From an uncultured Candidatus Saccharibacteria bacterium (lineage in GTDB: Bacteria > Patescibacteriota > Minisyncoccia > Phycocordibacterales > PALSA-1337), in the NCBI GenBank assembly GCA_964543075.1, contig CAZIVT010000001.1, forward strand, positions 7,703-71,702: a stretch of 64,000 nt of DNA, read 5' to 3'. The notes under the pieces are model-generated. The model saw nothing but the letters and a program-made list of their open reading frames with translations, had not been told where the DNA came from and searched no databases. Below, one piece after another: positions 37,101 to 44,752 of this stretch (its first letter is position 1; each line of letters begins with the position of its first letter). The translations under genes were made by a program, and so were the position numbers.

Positions 37101-39020
37101 GCCATTCACCGTGCCGAGAGAGCCGGAGAGATATCCTGTGCTGAGCGTAGTGGTTGCGATGATAGTCCCATCAGCATCGGTAGCGAGGAGCGCGTCTGAG
37201 ACTCCTGTGATGGCGAGGCTCGTCGTCGTCGCATTGCCCGAGATGGTGAGGCCGCCGGTGAGTGTCACGTTGCCGCCAAATCTCGAATTGCCTGACACTT
37301 CGAATATATCGCCTGTGGTTGAGGTCGCGTTGGTGCCGATGAGGACGACATTGGATGTATCTGAGGGATACACGGCCAGACTATCGCTCGTGGTCGCCCA
37401 TGCCGCCGCGCCGCCACCTCCACTGCTCGTGAGATCAGAGTACCACCCCGGTATGCCCCCACTGAGCTTGAGCACCAGGCCATTGGACCCTCGCGGAAGC
37501 CTCGTGAGCACGCCCGCTGAATTGGCGTAGAGGATATCTCCCTCGGCATATGTAGAGAACCCTGTTCCGCCATACACAGAAGATATCGTCGATGACGCTG
37601 AGACATCTCCTCCTATCGCCTGCAATGGGCCACTCAGAGATCCCACAGTCAGTCCACTAGCAGTGAGTCCTCCGGTGAAGGTCTGCGCTCCGGTGAAGGT
37701 GTTCGTGGCATACGTCTTGGGGATGGTGGATGAGGCGCTGATGTAGCTGTTCACATCAGCATCTCCATACGCGCCAGCTCCTGTGATGCAGACCCCATCG
37801 ATAGCAAGACATCCGCCATCCAGGTCGATGCCATTGGCGAATGTCGACGTTCCTGTTCCAGAGACGGTCAGCTGTCCGCCGATAGATACATCAGAGGAGA
37901 AGGCGCCCGTGGTCCCCGAAAAAGATGACGACACTATCGTCGAATTGGAGATCGTCGAACCAGATATCGACGAGAGATCTACCAGACCGCTGCCCGCATC
38001 CTCATCGCCATTCTCCATCGAGTCATAGATAGCATCTACCTGCAGACGAGAGCGCGCCTGCTCGGCGATGAATCGATACTCCAGATCGTCCAGCTTCTGC
38101 GCCAGCAGGTCGTCCTGTCGTTCGACGATGACCGTCTGAGGTTGGATGATGCGTTCGACGATCGTCTTGGCCGGGATCGTAGGGATCACCGAGATGGTCG
38201 GGGGCGCGACCGTCTCCCCGACTGTCGTCACTGGCGCGGACGGAGCGATGGCGTATGTCGAGACCTCTGATACGACGCATGACGAGCGGCTCCCGAAGAG
38301 CGCAGATGACAGAGCGCACTTCATCCCATCCCATGCCTCGCCGATACCCGCGACGAGCGGCGTGCCCGTCTTCGACATCTGAGCGACCGGACTCATGACC
38401 ATGCCGACAGAACGATCGATCACACGCGAGATCGTCTGCGTATCGAGAGCCGCGTATCCTATCGATCCGACCATCACCAAGCCGATGATGACCATCATCG
38501 CGCGCGTCATGATCCTCTGACGCATCAGATCCCACGAAGATCCGAGCGCGACGCGAGTCCTATCCTTGATCGCCTTGGTTGCTTCAGCGACGCCATCCAG
38601 CCGTATCGTCTCACGTGCCGAACCGACCTTGCTCTTGGACAAGGACGGCAGAAGCTCTCTATCATCCTTCGCATATATGTATGATGAACCGCTCGTATCC
38701 GTAGAGGCTTGTATATCATCCGTCGCCCTCGATACAGGCTCCGATCGCGCCACACTGCCCTGCTCGATACTGACTGAGTCCGTGATATTCTCTCCTGATT
38801 CGACTCGCTGTCGACGTCCTGTATAGAAAGTATCAGTAGACTTTTGGTGATTGATCAACGATGCCGAATCGATGAACCACGTGCGTCCCAGCATGCGAGC
38901 TGCGACCTTTCCTTCGCGACACAATTGTCCGATATAGTCCTTGGAATACTTGGTCATCTCGGAAGCTCGTCTGACCGAGATGAACTCTCTCTCATTGATT
39001 GTGACGACGTCTTTCATCAC
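28122..39020 (-). CDS. Giant multidomain surface protein (3632 aa). N-terminal excisionase-type HTH, one TM helix, tail-fibre-like repeats, LVIVD-like repeats, a pectate-lyase-like region, a C-terminal S74 intramolecular-chaperone autoprotease domain and an acidic tail.
   Basis: N-terminus MMKDVVTINEREFISVRRASEMTKYSKDYIGQLCREGKVAARMLGRTWFID is an excisionase-family HTH. The TM helix is MTRAMMVIIGLVMVGSIGYAAL. Repeats of the type SYISASSTIPKTYA.NTFTG.Q.F.G follow. The LVIVD-like run reads GYVADGTSGIQILDVSDPRAPTLV... The pectate-lyase-like region starts VFNVKDYGAVGDGVSDDTAAIASAF. The S74 domain near the C-terminus is SARFKNSVSDLSVGLDELKQLRPVSFLYNGSDDARVGFLAEEVGEIDPRLIF...VRYEDMTALLVKAVQEQQLQIEEL. 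An Asp/Thr-rich acidic tail ends the protein. Confidence 0.85.
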   Translation of the reverse strand: MMKDVVTINEREFISVRRASEMTKYSKDYIGQLCREGKVAARMLGRTWFIDSASLINHQKSTDTFYTGRRQRVESGENITDSVSIEQGSVARSEPVSRATDDIQASTDTSGSSYIYAKDDRELLPSLSKSKVGSARETIRLDGVAEATKAIKDRTRVALGSSWDLMRQRIMTRAMMVIIGLVMVGSIGYAALDTQTISRVIDRSVGMVMSPVAQMSKTGTPLVAGIGEAWDGMKCALSSALFGSRSSCVVSEVSTYAIAPSAPVTTVGETVAPPTISVIPTIPAKTIVERIIQPQTVIVERQDDLLAQKLDDLEYRFIAEQARSRLQVDAIYDSMENGDEDAGSGLVDLSSISGSTISNSTIVSSSFSGTTGAFSSDVSIGGQLTVSGTGTSTFANGIDLDGGCLAIDGVCITGAGAYGDADVNSYISASSTIPKTYATNTFTGAQTFTGGLTASGLTVGSLSGPLQAIGGDVSASSTISSVYGGTGFSTYAEGDILYANSAGVLTRLPRGSNGLVLKLSGGIPGWYSDLTSSGGGGAAAWATTSDSLAVYPSDTSNVVLIGTNATSTTGDIFEVSGNSRFGGNVTLTGGLTISGNATTTSLAITGVSDALLATDADGTIIATTTLSTGYLSGSLGTVNGTAFNAGDSITISTASSTILSDNNTWSGSNSFANAPVLGSLSGLIGANSGTLYQIATSSAFVTSLQQTYGSAQTGALTFATSSAASWNGLTISNGITNSGSTFTFAPATISGTLSAGGGGTGISSPSAAGILLGSYAGGGWQQLATSSLGLLTTNIAEGSNLYYTDARARAAISEDVVGLSYNSSTGVLSTTTGYVIPLVASTTEWNSSYQNRITSATSPLSISNNIISLSTAGDWTGTLDGQEGSYYLANSFSTTSAVYWDSTVSRWATTSTDYWFTTKTTDDLSQGSSNLYYSNALVNSYISASSTIPKTYASNTFTGTQAFNGSNTFGGSAAFNSTLTVGSLNGPLQANNGVVSATSSVGVLYGGTGITSAPTYGQLLLGNASGGYALTATSSLGLPTFADLGSYASFAYPFPSNATSTALSFTGGLTSYASTTIGDGSTTGGLTISGNATTTGNAYVAGNITTAGSVVVGSGNLNQFGVFTGNGVRLGQSGIDISASNGNIMYMGSGYLQAWRSGSHYYDGSPDVGLSRYGAGVLAVGNGTLSDYSGTLIAGNVGIGTTSPYAKLSVDGRGVFNQDVRADYFTATSTSATSTLPNLLATNLRVSGQLYDGSTSAGSLGSILQSTGSGTQWVATSSLGIAFSSISGTLDVSQGGTGGSSFGQGWVYSPGGTSALAASTSPTVNYITSTSTSATSTFAYDVSIAGALDIARSNGSVVAGDVTGNARGSDSIDIQSGRSSSANVASGNSAVALGYDNRASGVSAAITVGALNVASGLSVSSAFGYSNTASANSSSAFGTNNTASNVETSAFGRLNTASGNASSAFGYNNVVSAGGASVFGSGITNAIANSTMIGPSDSAKLTILSTGETRASYFTATSTTASTFPYASTTALTSSASAYLATSGGAVLIGTTTATTTTKLAIAGGSIVHSAVGSPTLVGSYDTSGSSVDVFVSGTYGYVADGTSGIQILDVSDPRAPTLVKTYDISGTATTITGSADYLYVWDSANFRIRIIDVSNPASPAVVGTVTSINAYGIYPSGKFLYVATGGSGISVIDISDPRAPRTTGSYDTSGFANAVYVVGPYAYVADDTGGLQIVDISNPVSPVLVGTYNSAGTATAVYVSDRYAYLADGFGSGMLIIDVSNPVSPSLVGSYTSGADYISSSIRVFGDYAYMNNAEPGNQQFVVVDVSRPSAPSLVGTLTTVSTRSFVSGTYAYLTAGSSGLKIARIDGFKTPSTYAGSVEAGTVSVRNNVLIGGDIYAQGGLTAGISGIFSRGTISAFVASTTQANPVVANFMGGNVGIGTTSPYAKLSVDGRGVFNQDVRADYFTATSTSATSTLPNLLATNLRVSGQLYDGSTSAGSLGSILQSTGSGTQWVATSSLGMPTFTDLSLYLTSASAAATYLTQTSWYATTTDGLTQGSSNLYYSNALVNSYISASSTIPKTYASNTFTGTQAFNGSNTFGGSAAFNSTLTIGSLNGPLQANGGVVSATSSIGVLYGGTGLTSAPSYGQILLGNASGGYALTATSSLGLPTFADLASTSLEVFNVKDYGAVGDGVSDDTAAIASAFSDFADSCGILYFPSGTYRDSGSHEFTTFCDNATLGVRGGLVLGNRNSQWKYTGTGVFLKGLASFKDIAIVGPSTGSPVTNDNTTGWWIETTPNPTGNISIDNVMFQYWGDAAMKTGTTSLSSITYVEGRNVAFYNNRRGFAGGYKADSWFLDGRCNSNDICIELASENRNNNTTVAEFYMTGASNRIVYLIGGQGTNTVKLGGHIENTGTAYSGTTGTSSVIQIGHDESQYTPIETTIYNIDVENLWTQNVPSDGAIKVNAAVTDLNLKGSHFTNTTGPIVRFMNSTADNSRVSSDFGLTILDSSGQLLYRNYMNYGQPLSVWLGDESNHAFSYNPYAIEGLVQTTSSRLPFRAGWITNSQPLSTSTLSGGLQIDGTSPNYYARLIGNTALCAGCITGINPTSKFHFYGNDGEAYTNLFRISSTTASATTTLFNITNKGTVSVTDYIDFGTNIFQEPNMYWYNGGASARSGVGINSGEVQFFTVNSGSNHWSWNAGGDLQTIGTNERMRLEAVSGELGVGDTDPDFQIEVVDDFAVSSTPNADGDRFIVNSSGNVGIGTTSPYAKLSVAGQVVAGYFTATSTATSTFANGINISSGCFAINGTCVGGGSGSGTVGSGTAGQFPYYASSGTTLTATSSININPTTGNIAIGKAADSIPKLDILGQLYVKNTDQSFFDVDAFYTGNATFTGSPVQVNATGSGGKTLFGQWWTVLNSGDINSGAATIVGDRTTVESQSDIGKGSDSGTTQNLIGKYIDFFVLDEFDEYEGTWNMVGIYAPPPDVTASLLTQNSLSLYSGDDSMIASNKKLYFEGSYNGSTLTKGDTYINYNSTAGSLNVVENGTNSITSKSGNVGIGTTSPFARLSVTGAGTGTGTTFQVADSSNVPKFTLLDNGTVSIGTTTASNMVNIQGTGSNVMNLYSSLGQRLYSFTDSVFNIGGNGANPSFLMEAANGADWFQVNGGTISFNGQGGTTDAGSNIGARFDIYPVNDSTDVLHLKLPSSANSNYFLISSPSSSAGDVFIVKGAGTGGYVGISTTSPWRKLSVAGTVGFDGLTAAVSSGDALCLSSSKEVVVNTGAQTCTVSSARFKNSVSDLSVGLDELKQLRPVSFLYNGSDDARVGFLAEEVGEIDPRLIFTELDGTTPRGVRYEDMTALLVKAVQEQQLQIEELALNVFEGQLASTSTTTIASTTAAALSLDQSFIGRIAEAVIGLFRDAGEWAVDVFTARIIYAERIEVQTAAVSNGLEMTDATTGDIYCVQISDGDWVKRLGSCAEQSIGSDQHVDDQTMQDDDQTTPEPDQSTNGPDDPQGDQTGDAQATTTPPVADDGSTATTTPNTDPDDDLAATTTPSTDDLDSEVEDDVDQVPSDEADDTVTSTEDGETTTDESVDTSTETSDDQGDGSQQGSTEGDQDSSTVSDDSGSDEQTDN

Positions 39021-39328
39021 TCATAAGTATACGGTTCTTATCTACAAAAAGTCTCTGTGGATAAGCTATTTCCACGATCTACAAAATTAAAACGCTCATA
39101 TCGCATTTTAAACGGTCGTCTGTGACTACCACCTACCAAACGACGTCAGTGAAGCTCACCTCTAGATCTGAAAAAATGCATCAACAAAAAATTGCGTTCT
39201 CATAGCCTACCTTACTAAACCAAAATAAAGCATCATATATTTATCCACATATAGTATATAGTTTATCAAGCTTTAGTAATGCTATACTATATGCACAATA
39301 GATTTACGCAATCATAAACCACACCACC

Positions 39329-39586
39329 ATGTCCCAAGAATCCAAGATAGTTACCATCAAAGAAGCATCGAGAATGTTAGGGGTTACCCCTCTTACCCTG
39401 CGTAACTGGGACAATAGCGGCAAGCTCAAGGCGCTCCGACATCCGATCAATAATTACCGTGTCTACAAGCGCGCTGATATCGAGCGTCTGATCGAGGAGA
39501 TCGGCAAGAATGAGTCTCCTACGAGGAAGCGCTACTCCAAAAAGGCCGTCAGGAAGCTCCAGGTGCGTCATATGGACCAATCTTAG
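39329..39586 (+). CDS. Excisionase/MerR-like helix-turn-helix DNA-binding protein (85 aa), divergent from the giant gene.
   Basis: IVTIKEASRMLGVTPLTLRNWDNSGKLKALRHPINNYRVYKRADIERLI is an HTH_17/excisionase-family pattern. Confidence 0.75.
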   Translation: MSQESKIVTIKEASRMLGVTPLTLRNWDNSGKLKALRHPINNYRVYKRADIERLIEEIGKNESPTRKRYSKKAVRKLQVRHMDQS

Positions 39587-39643
39587 CGACCAGAATGTTT
39601 GTATCCTTTATTTAATTCATATAATCGACGTTTGCGTATTCTA

Positions 39644-39680
39644 GATGACACCCTGATCAGCTACCTGGGGTGTCATTTTA
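39644..39680 (+). terminator. Rho-independent terminator after the HTH gene.
   Basis: gatgacaccc-tgatcagctacct-ggggtgtcat followed by tttt. Confidence 0.65.
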
Positions 39681-39838
39681 CTTACAATGATCAGAGATGT
39701 GTGGCGACACGCCTGCACAATACCGGTGTCAAAAAGATGCCTGAACTGGATTGAAAATTGGCCTCATTTTCGTTATTATGTACATACGTAACTCCTGCCT
39801 GAAATTTCTTCTCAAGAACCTACCTAGCATCTACCGCC

Positions 39839-41416
39839 ATGTCATCATATATACCGACCATCGGCCTCGAGATCCACGCGGAGCTCAGGACATCTTCCAA
39901 GATGTTCTGCTCATGCGTCAATGATCCTGATGAGGCTCGTCCCAATACCAATGTCTGCCCCATCTGCATGGGTCATCCTGGTACGCTTCCTGTACTCAAC
40001 AGAGAAGCGATCCGCCACGTGCTCCGGATCGGTACGGCCGTCGGCGGGACGCTCGCAGATTTCACCGAGTGGGATCGCAAGAACTATTTCTATCCAGACA
40101 TCCCCAAGGGATACCAGATCAGCCAGTACGCCTACCCGCTCGTCTCGGGAGGATCGCTCGCCGGCGTCGAGCTCGAACGCATCCATCTAGAAGAAGACAC
40201 TGCTAGCTCGACGCATGATGCGCATGAGAAGAGCCTCGTCGACTTCAACCGTTCCGGCGTTCCGCTCATGGAGCTGGTGACCAAGCCGGTCATCCGCGAT
40301 GCCGCGACCGCCGTCAGATTCGCGCGCGAGCTCCAGCTCCTCCTGCGCTATCTCTCCGCCGGAGAAGCCAACCTCGAGAAGGGCGAGATGCGCATCGAGG
40401 CCAACATCTCCGTCGCCTCCCCTGCCGACACTGAGGCGGGACGATTCGGGACCAAGACCGAGGTCAAGAATCTCAACTCATTCAGCGCGGTCGAGCGGGC
40501 GGTCGCCTACGAGATCGAGCGACAGTCATCTTTGCTCGCCGACGGCGAGAGCGTCACACAGGAAACGCGCGGCTGGGATGATCGCGCGCAGGAGACCTAT
40601 TCACAGCGATCCAAGGAAAGCTCGCATGACTATCGCTACTTCCCCGATCCGGACATACCCAAGCTCAAGATCTCCGAGATCCCCGAATTCTCCGCCGATT
40701 CTTTGAGGAAGGACCTGCCAGAGCTTCCGTGGATCAGACGCGACCGTTTCAAGAAAGACTTCGGCATGACCGACAAGGAGGTCGCCGTATTCATCGAGTC
40801 CCCCGACCTGGCTGATTACTACGAGGAAGTCGTCGGGTATCTGGCTACAGGCGATGCTAAGTCTGCGAAATTGGCGACCAATTATGTGCTCACGGATTAT
40901 CTCAAGCTGGTCAGAGACGCGCAAACGGCTGCTTCAAGAGCAATCCAAGACACCACGAAGACAGGAGACGCTTCGGGATCAACTCAAGATACCGCGCAAA
41001 CAGCAGAGGCTCCGGAGCCACAACTAACGAACGATGACTCATCATTCGTATCGAACGTCCCGTCATCTCTGTATTGGAATCTCTCGCCATCCGTCTTCGC
41101 CGAGCTCATATCCATGATCAACGCCGGCGAGCTCTCGTCTCGCGGCGCCAAGGACCTGCTCAAGATCCTCTTCACCGAACAGGCCGTCTCCGCCAAGAAG
41201 ACTGCCGAGGAACGCGGCTTGCTCCAGAAGAGCTCAGCCGAAGACCTCGTACCTGCCATCGAACAGGTCATCGCCTCCAACGAGAAGGCTATCGCCGAGT
41301 ACAAGGCCGGCAAAGCGGCTTCCCTACAGTACCTGATCGGCCAAGCCATGCGGGCCACCAAGGGCGCCGGCAATCCGGATATGATCAGGAAGTTGCTGGT
41401 GGAGAAGATCGGGTAG
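39839..41416 (+). CDS. gatB: Asp/Glu-tRNA(Asn/Gln) amidotransferase subunit B.
   Basis: MSSYIPTIGLEIHAELRTSSKMFCSC...NVCPICMGHPGTLPVLN... The C-terminal YqeY-like region carries an insertion (TKTGDASGSTQDTAQTAEAPEPQ...). Confidence 0.93.
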   Translation: MSSYIPTIGLEIHAELRTSSKMFCSCVNDPDEARPNTNVCPICMGHPGTLPVLNREAIRHVLRIGTAVGGTLADFTEWDRKNYFYPDIPKGYQISQYAYPLVSGGSLAGVELERIHLEEDTASSTHDAHEKSLVDFNRSGVPLMELVTKPVIRDAATAVRFARELQLLLRYLSAGEANLEKGEMRIEANISVASPADTEAGRFGTKTEVKNLNSFSAVERAVAYEIERQSSLLADGESVTQETRGWDDRAQETYSQRSKESSHDYRYFPDPDIPKLKISEIPEFSADSLRKDLPELPWIRRDRFKKDFGMTDKEVAVFIESPDLADYYEEVVGYLATGDAKSAKLATNYVLTDYLKLVRDAQTAASRAIQDTTKTGDASGSTQDTAQTAEAPEPQLTNDDSSFVSNVPSSLYWNLSPSVFAELISMINAGELSSRGAKDLLKILFTEQAVSAKKTAEERGLLQKSSAEDLVPAIEQVIASNEKAIAEYKAGKAASLQYLIGQAMRATKGAGNPDMIRKLLVEKIG

Positions 41417-41441
41417 GTTCGACTCTGTAAAATACGTATGC

Positions 41442-41476
41442 AAAAAAGCCAGATAGAACATCATTCTATCTGGCTT
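41442..41476. terminator. Hairpin terminator between convergent gatB and the membrane-protein gene. The T-tract is on the minus strand.
   Basis: aaaaaa-gccagatagaa-catca-ttctatctggc. Confidence 0.6.
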
Positions 41477-41506
41477 GAAGCAAACAAGCTGCTTTGTCAG
41501 CTCGCA

Positions 41507-42376
41507 TTAAGCGATCCGATCTGCAGTGAACCGAGGCTCATCCCACACTTCCACAAAGTACTGCTCTTTCCCAAGCGTGACTACGAGGAACGGATCGGGT
41601 TTGCGAGTCAGTTCATCGACCTCAAATGTCGCTTGTGGACAGAAATGGCCGATCTCCACTATCGTGCTCGCAACTGATCTCGGGATGTCCTTGGTATATC
41701 CTTGGAGAGGAGTCTTCTTCCACTCGAGATTTCTCGGTCCGCAGAAGAGCAGATCGAACCACGCGATTGGTCCAAATCCGAAACAGAGCACATATTCCCC
41801 GATTCTGCTCCTAGTAGGATGATCTTCTTCCGACTTGGATAAAGCACCACCAATCAAGACAAATACAACTGGAACAATCGCAAACAGCGAGATAACCACT
41901 GGCTCGACATAATAGCCAAGCATAATGGTCAGAGTCGACCATCCCATACATCCACAAAAAAGTATCGTGCACAACAGTGCAACGAATGTGAATGCTATCG
42001 TGACGCTTTCCTTTTCAAAGGAAAGCATCGGGTGCTCCATGAGCTGGAGCGGCTTGCGCAACATCGCCTTTTTGTATTTCTCGACGCTTTCGGCCTTGAA
42101 CGGCTTCACACCGGCCTGACGTAATGCAGTAGCAAGCGGCTGGGGCGTCTCGATCCGAGCCTTGGTGGCACGGAGCTCGGCAATCTTCACAAGACGCGCC
42201 TCTTCTTGCGCTTTGAGCGATGGTAGGACATAACCGATGCTCTCCAGTCTTTTGAGAAGCATCTCGTCCTCTCCCCCGCGTTCCAATTCCGCGATCTCGG
42301 CATCAGTCGGAGCTTTTTCTCCGCTGTAAAGGATCGCGTCGTCGCGTTCCAGCAGACCGACATGGCTTTTCTTCAT
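41507..42376 (-). CDS. Hypothetical multi-pass membrane protein (289 aa).
   Basis: A charged N-terminal region followed by several TM helices. No family recognised. Confidence 0.5.
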   Translation of the reverse strand: MKKSHVGLLERDDAILYSGEKAPTDAEIAELERGGEDEMLLKRLESIGYVLPSLKAQEEARLVKIAELRATKARIETPQPLATALRQAGVKPFKAESVEKYKKAMLRKPLQLMEHPMLSFEKESVTIAFTFVALLCTILFCGCMGWSTLTIMLGYYVEPVVISLFAIVPVVFVLIGGALSKSEEDHPTRSRIGEYVLCFGFGPIAWFDLLFCGPRNLEWKKTPLQGYTKDIPRSVASTIVEIGHFCPQATFEVDELTRKPDPFLVVTLGKEQYFVEVWDEPRFTADRIA

Positions 42377-42589
42377 AGTTCTTTCCTTTCATTTCTTGTG
42401 TGAGTTGTTTGTCAAAGGAATACAAGGCACCCGCCTATATTCCATTCTACATTTACTAAGTTAATTATAAATTATTTGCAATAAAAAGTCAACCTGGATA
42501 GTTCTGGGGGTAAAATTGAGTCCTTTATCTACTTTCAGCAAAAATCTAAAACCCACCGTATTCTAATATACCTGAATCCATGCGGTCTT

Positions 42590-43561
42590 TCACTGCAATC
42601 TCTTCACAATCTCCTCCCCCACCTTCTTCACCACCTCATCATCCAAGATGCTCACCTCAAGGATATCTTCGTTGTGCTTCGAAATGATCTCGCGAGCCTT
42701 TGACACAGTATCAGCATCCGCCATGTCCGTCTTGCTCAAGATCACCGTCTCCTTTTTGTCCGCTAGACCGTTGCCGTATTTGGCTAGCTCATTCCTGACA
42801 TCGAGATAGGTCTTCTCTATAGAATCGAGCGAGTTCTCCAGCGAGACCAGATGAAAAAGCACCTTGGTCCGCTTCACGTGTTTCAAAAACTTATGCCCCA
42901 GACCCTTGCCCTCGGAAGCTCCCTCGATGATACCCGGGATGTCAGCCAAGATGTATCCGTGCAGTGCGCCCAAGTGCGGATCGAGCGTGGTGAAGGCGTA
43001 ACTGCCCACCTTGGAATTGGCGCGGGTCAACGCGTTCAAGAGGCTCGATTTGCCGGCATTGGGAAGGCCGATGAATCCGGCGTCGGCGATCAGATCGAGT
43101 TCGACGACGAAGTCCGCGTCTTCTCCCGGCTGTCCCGGCGTCGATTGCAGAGGTTTGACATTGGTCGAGGCCTTGAAATGCTCGTTGCCGAGGCCGCCCC
43201 GGCCGCCATGCAGGATCTTGGCCGTCTGCCCCTCTTCGACGAGCTCGACTTCACGACCCGTCTTCATATTCCTGATCAGGGATCCTACAGGAAGATCTAT
43301 ATGAAAATCATCACCAGCGCCGCCTTGACGACTCCAATTGGCCCCATCTTCTCCATCGCCAGCCATGAACTCTTTGGTCGTCTTGTGGCGTGCGAGAATG
43401 TTGGTATCACGGACCGCGCGGACGTATACGTCGCCGCCGGGGCCGCCATTGCCTCCTCCCGCGCCGGAGAATTCCTTGCTCTTCTCATGCTTCCAGCGCA
43501 CGACGCCATCGCCGCCACGACCAGCACGAGCATGGAACGCTATCTCATCGATGAATGCCAT
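42590..43561 (-). CDS. obg: GTPase Obg/CgtA.
   Basis: MAFIDEIAFHARAGRGGDGVVRWKHEKSKEFSGAGGGNGGPGGDVY... plus the G domain (GLPNAGKSSLLNALT...DIPGIIEGA...). The ORF is open to 43624, but the upstream extension is encoded by the gattgaa tandem repeat, so the start is set at Met 43561. Confidence 0.9.
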   Translation of the reverse strand: MAFIDEIAFHARAGRGGDGVVRWKHEKSKEFSGAGGGNGGPGGDVYVRAVRDTNILARHKTTKEFMAGDGEDGANWSRQGGAGDDFHIDLPVGSLIRNMKTGREVELVEEGQTAKILHGGRGGLGNEHFKASTNVKPLQSTPGQPGEDADFVVELDLIADAGFIGLPNAGKSSLLNALTRANSKVGSYAFTTLDPHLGALHGYILADIPGIIEGASEGKGLGHKFLKHVKRTKVLFHLVSLENSLDSIEKTYLDVRNELAKYGNGLADKKETVILSKTDMADADTVSKAREIISKHNEDILEVSILDDEVVKKVGEEIVKRLQ

Positions 43562-43620
43562 GGGATTGAAAATTGAAGATTGAAGATTGAAGATTCGAGA
43601 CCGGAGATCGGGACCGCTCG

Positions 43621-44694
43621 TCACTGATTGGCGACGATATCGACATCCCTACGATGAGACGACGCCTTGTAGATATCCAAAAGCGAGAAGAGGAACGCCA
43701 AGATGATAGGGCCGAGCACAAAGCCGATAGGCCCAAAGAATGCTAGACCGCCCAACACTGAGATGAGGACCATGAACGAATGGACCCGAATGCCGCGATT
43801 CATGAATACCGGTGCCAGGAAATTGTCTATGAGACCGACCGCCAACATGCCCCAGATGAGGAGTCCTATAGCCGGACCAGTCGCGCCGACCAAGAAGAGG
43901 TAGGCGATCGCCGGCACGACTACGAGCGATGTGCCGATGCCTGGTATGAGCGCGGCGATGGCCGCCACGAATCCCCACAGAGCAGGGCTCGGCACGCCGA
44001 ATATCCAGAAGCCGATGCCTACGAGAGTTCCCTGGATGATCCCGATCAAGATCGATCCTGCGAAGATGGCGTAGATAGTGCGCTGCATCTTGCGCATGAT
44101 CTTCTCATCGTCAGCATCGCCAAGCGGAGAGAGGGTGATGATCTGGCGCTTGAGCTCCCGACCATCCCGCAAGAAATAGAACAAGGCGAGCAACATGATG
44201 AATCCGCTGAAGAAGAGCTTGGTGATGCCGGTGAATATGGCGTCGAGATTGGAGAATGCCCACTCCAAGCCGCGCTTGAGGATGGCGGTGATATTGAACG
44301 AGTCGAACGAATAGTCAGGATACAGGCTGAACAATTTGAGGGTCAATACGTCAGACCACGCGTTGAGCGTGCCGATAAAGTGAGAACGGTTACCTTCATC
44401 GACCAGATATGCGTACATGGTCTGAATTTCGGCATAAATCTTGCCGACGATGAGAAGCGCCGGGATCAGGATGATGAGCACTACCAGGAAGAGCGTGAGT
44501 AAAGCCGCCATGCTGGAGCGCTCTTTGTTCTTGAACAGAGACGAGAGCACCTTGCGATGCAGAGGCCCAGCGACGACTGAGAGCGCCGCCGCGAGCACGA
44601 TGGGAGTCAGGAATGGCAAGAAAATGAGCACCGCCAAGACGATGACGGCGAGCAGAAGTCCGTAGAAGAAATAACTGGGAGATCCTGTGATCAT
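43621..44694 (-). CDS. AI-2E family transporter (PerM-like permease).
   Basis: Eight TM segments in the characteristic AI-2E arrangement (...GFVAAIAALIPGIGTSLVVVPAIAYLFLVG...). Confidence 0.8.
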   Translation of the reverse strand: MITGSPSYFFYGLLLAVIVLAVLIFLPFLTPIVLAAALSVVAGPLHRKVLSSLFKNKERSSMAALLTLFLVVLIILIPALLIVGKIYAEIQTMYAYLVDEGNRSHFIGTLNAWSDVLTLKLFSLYPDYSFDSFNITAILKRGLEWAFSNLDAIFTGITKLFFSGFIMLLALFYFLRDGRELKRQIITLSPLGDADDEKIMRKMQRTIYAIFAGSILIGIIQGTLVGIGFWIFGVPSPALWGFVAAIAALIPGIGTSLVVVPAIAYLFLVGATGPAIGLLIWGMLAVGLIDNFLAPVFMNRGIRVHSFMVLISVLGGLAFFGPIGFVLGPIILAFLFSLLDIYKASSHRRDVDIVANQ

Positions 44695-44752
44695 GGCATC
44701 ACTGTACCATGGATGTATGAATAAGGGAAATAGGATATCGTGCCATGGTGCC

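Noticed and set aside
28166-38826. Numerous 60-210-aa ORFs on both strands inside 28122..39020.
   Set aside because: They are alternative frames of the single 3632-aa ORF. Several are simply translations of its internal DNA repeats.
42851-43576. 241-aa plus-strand ORF.
   Set aside because: It is antisense to obg.
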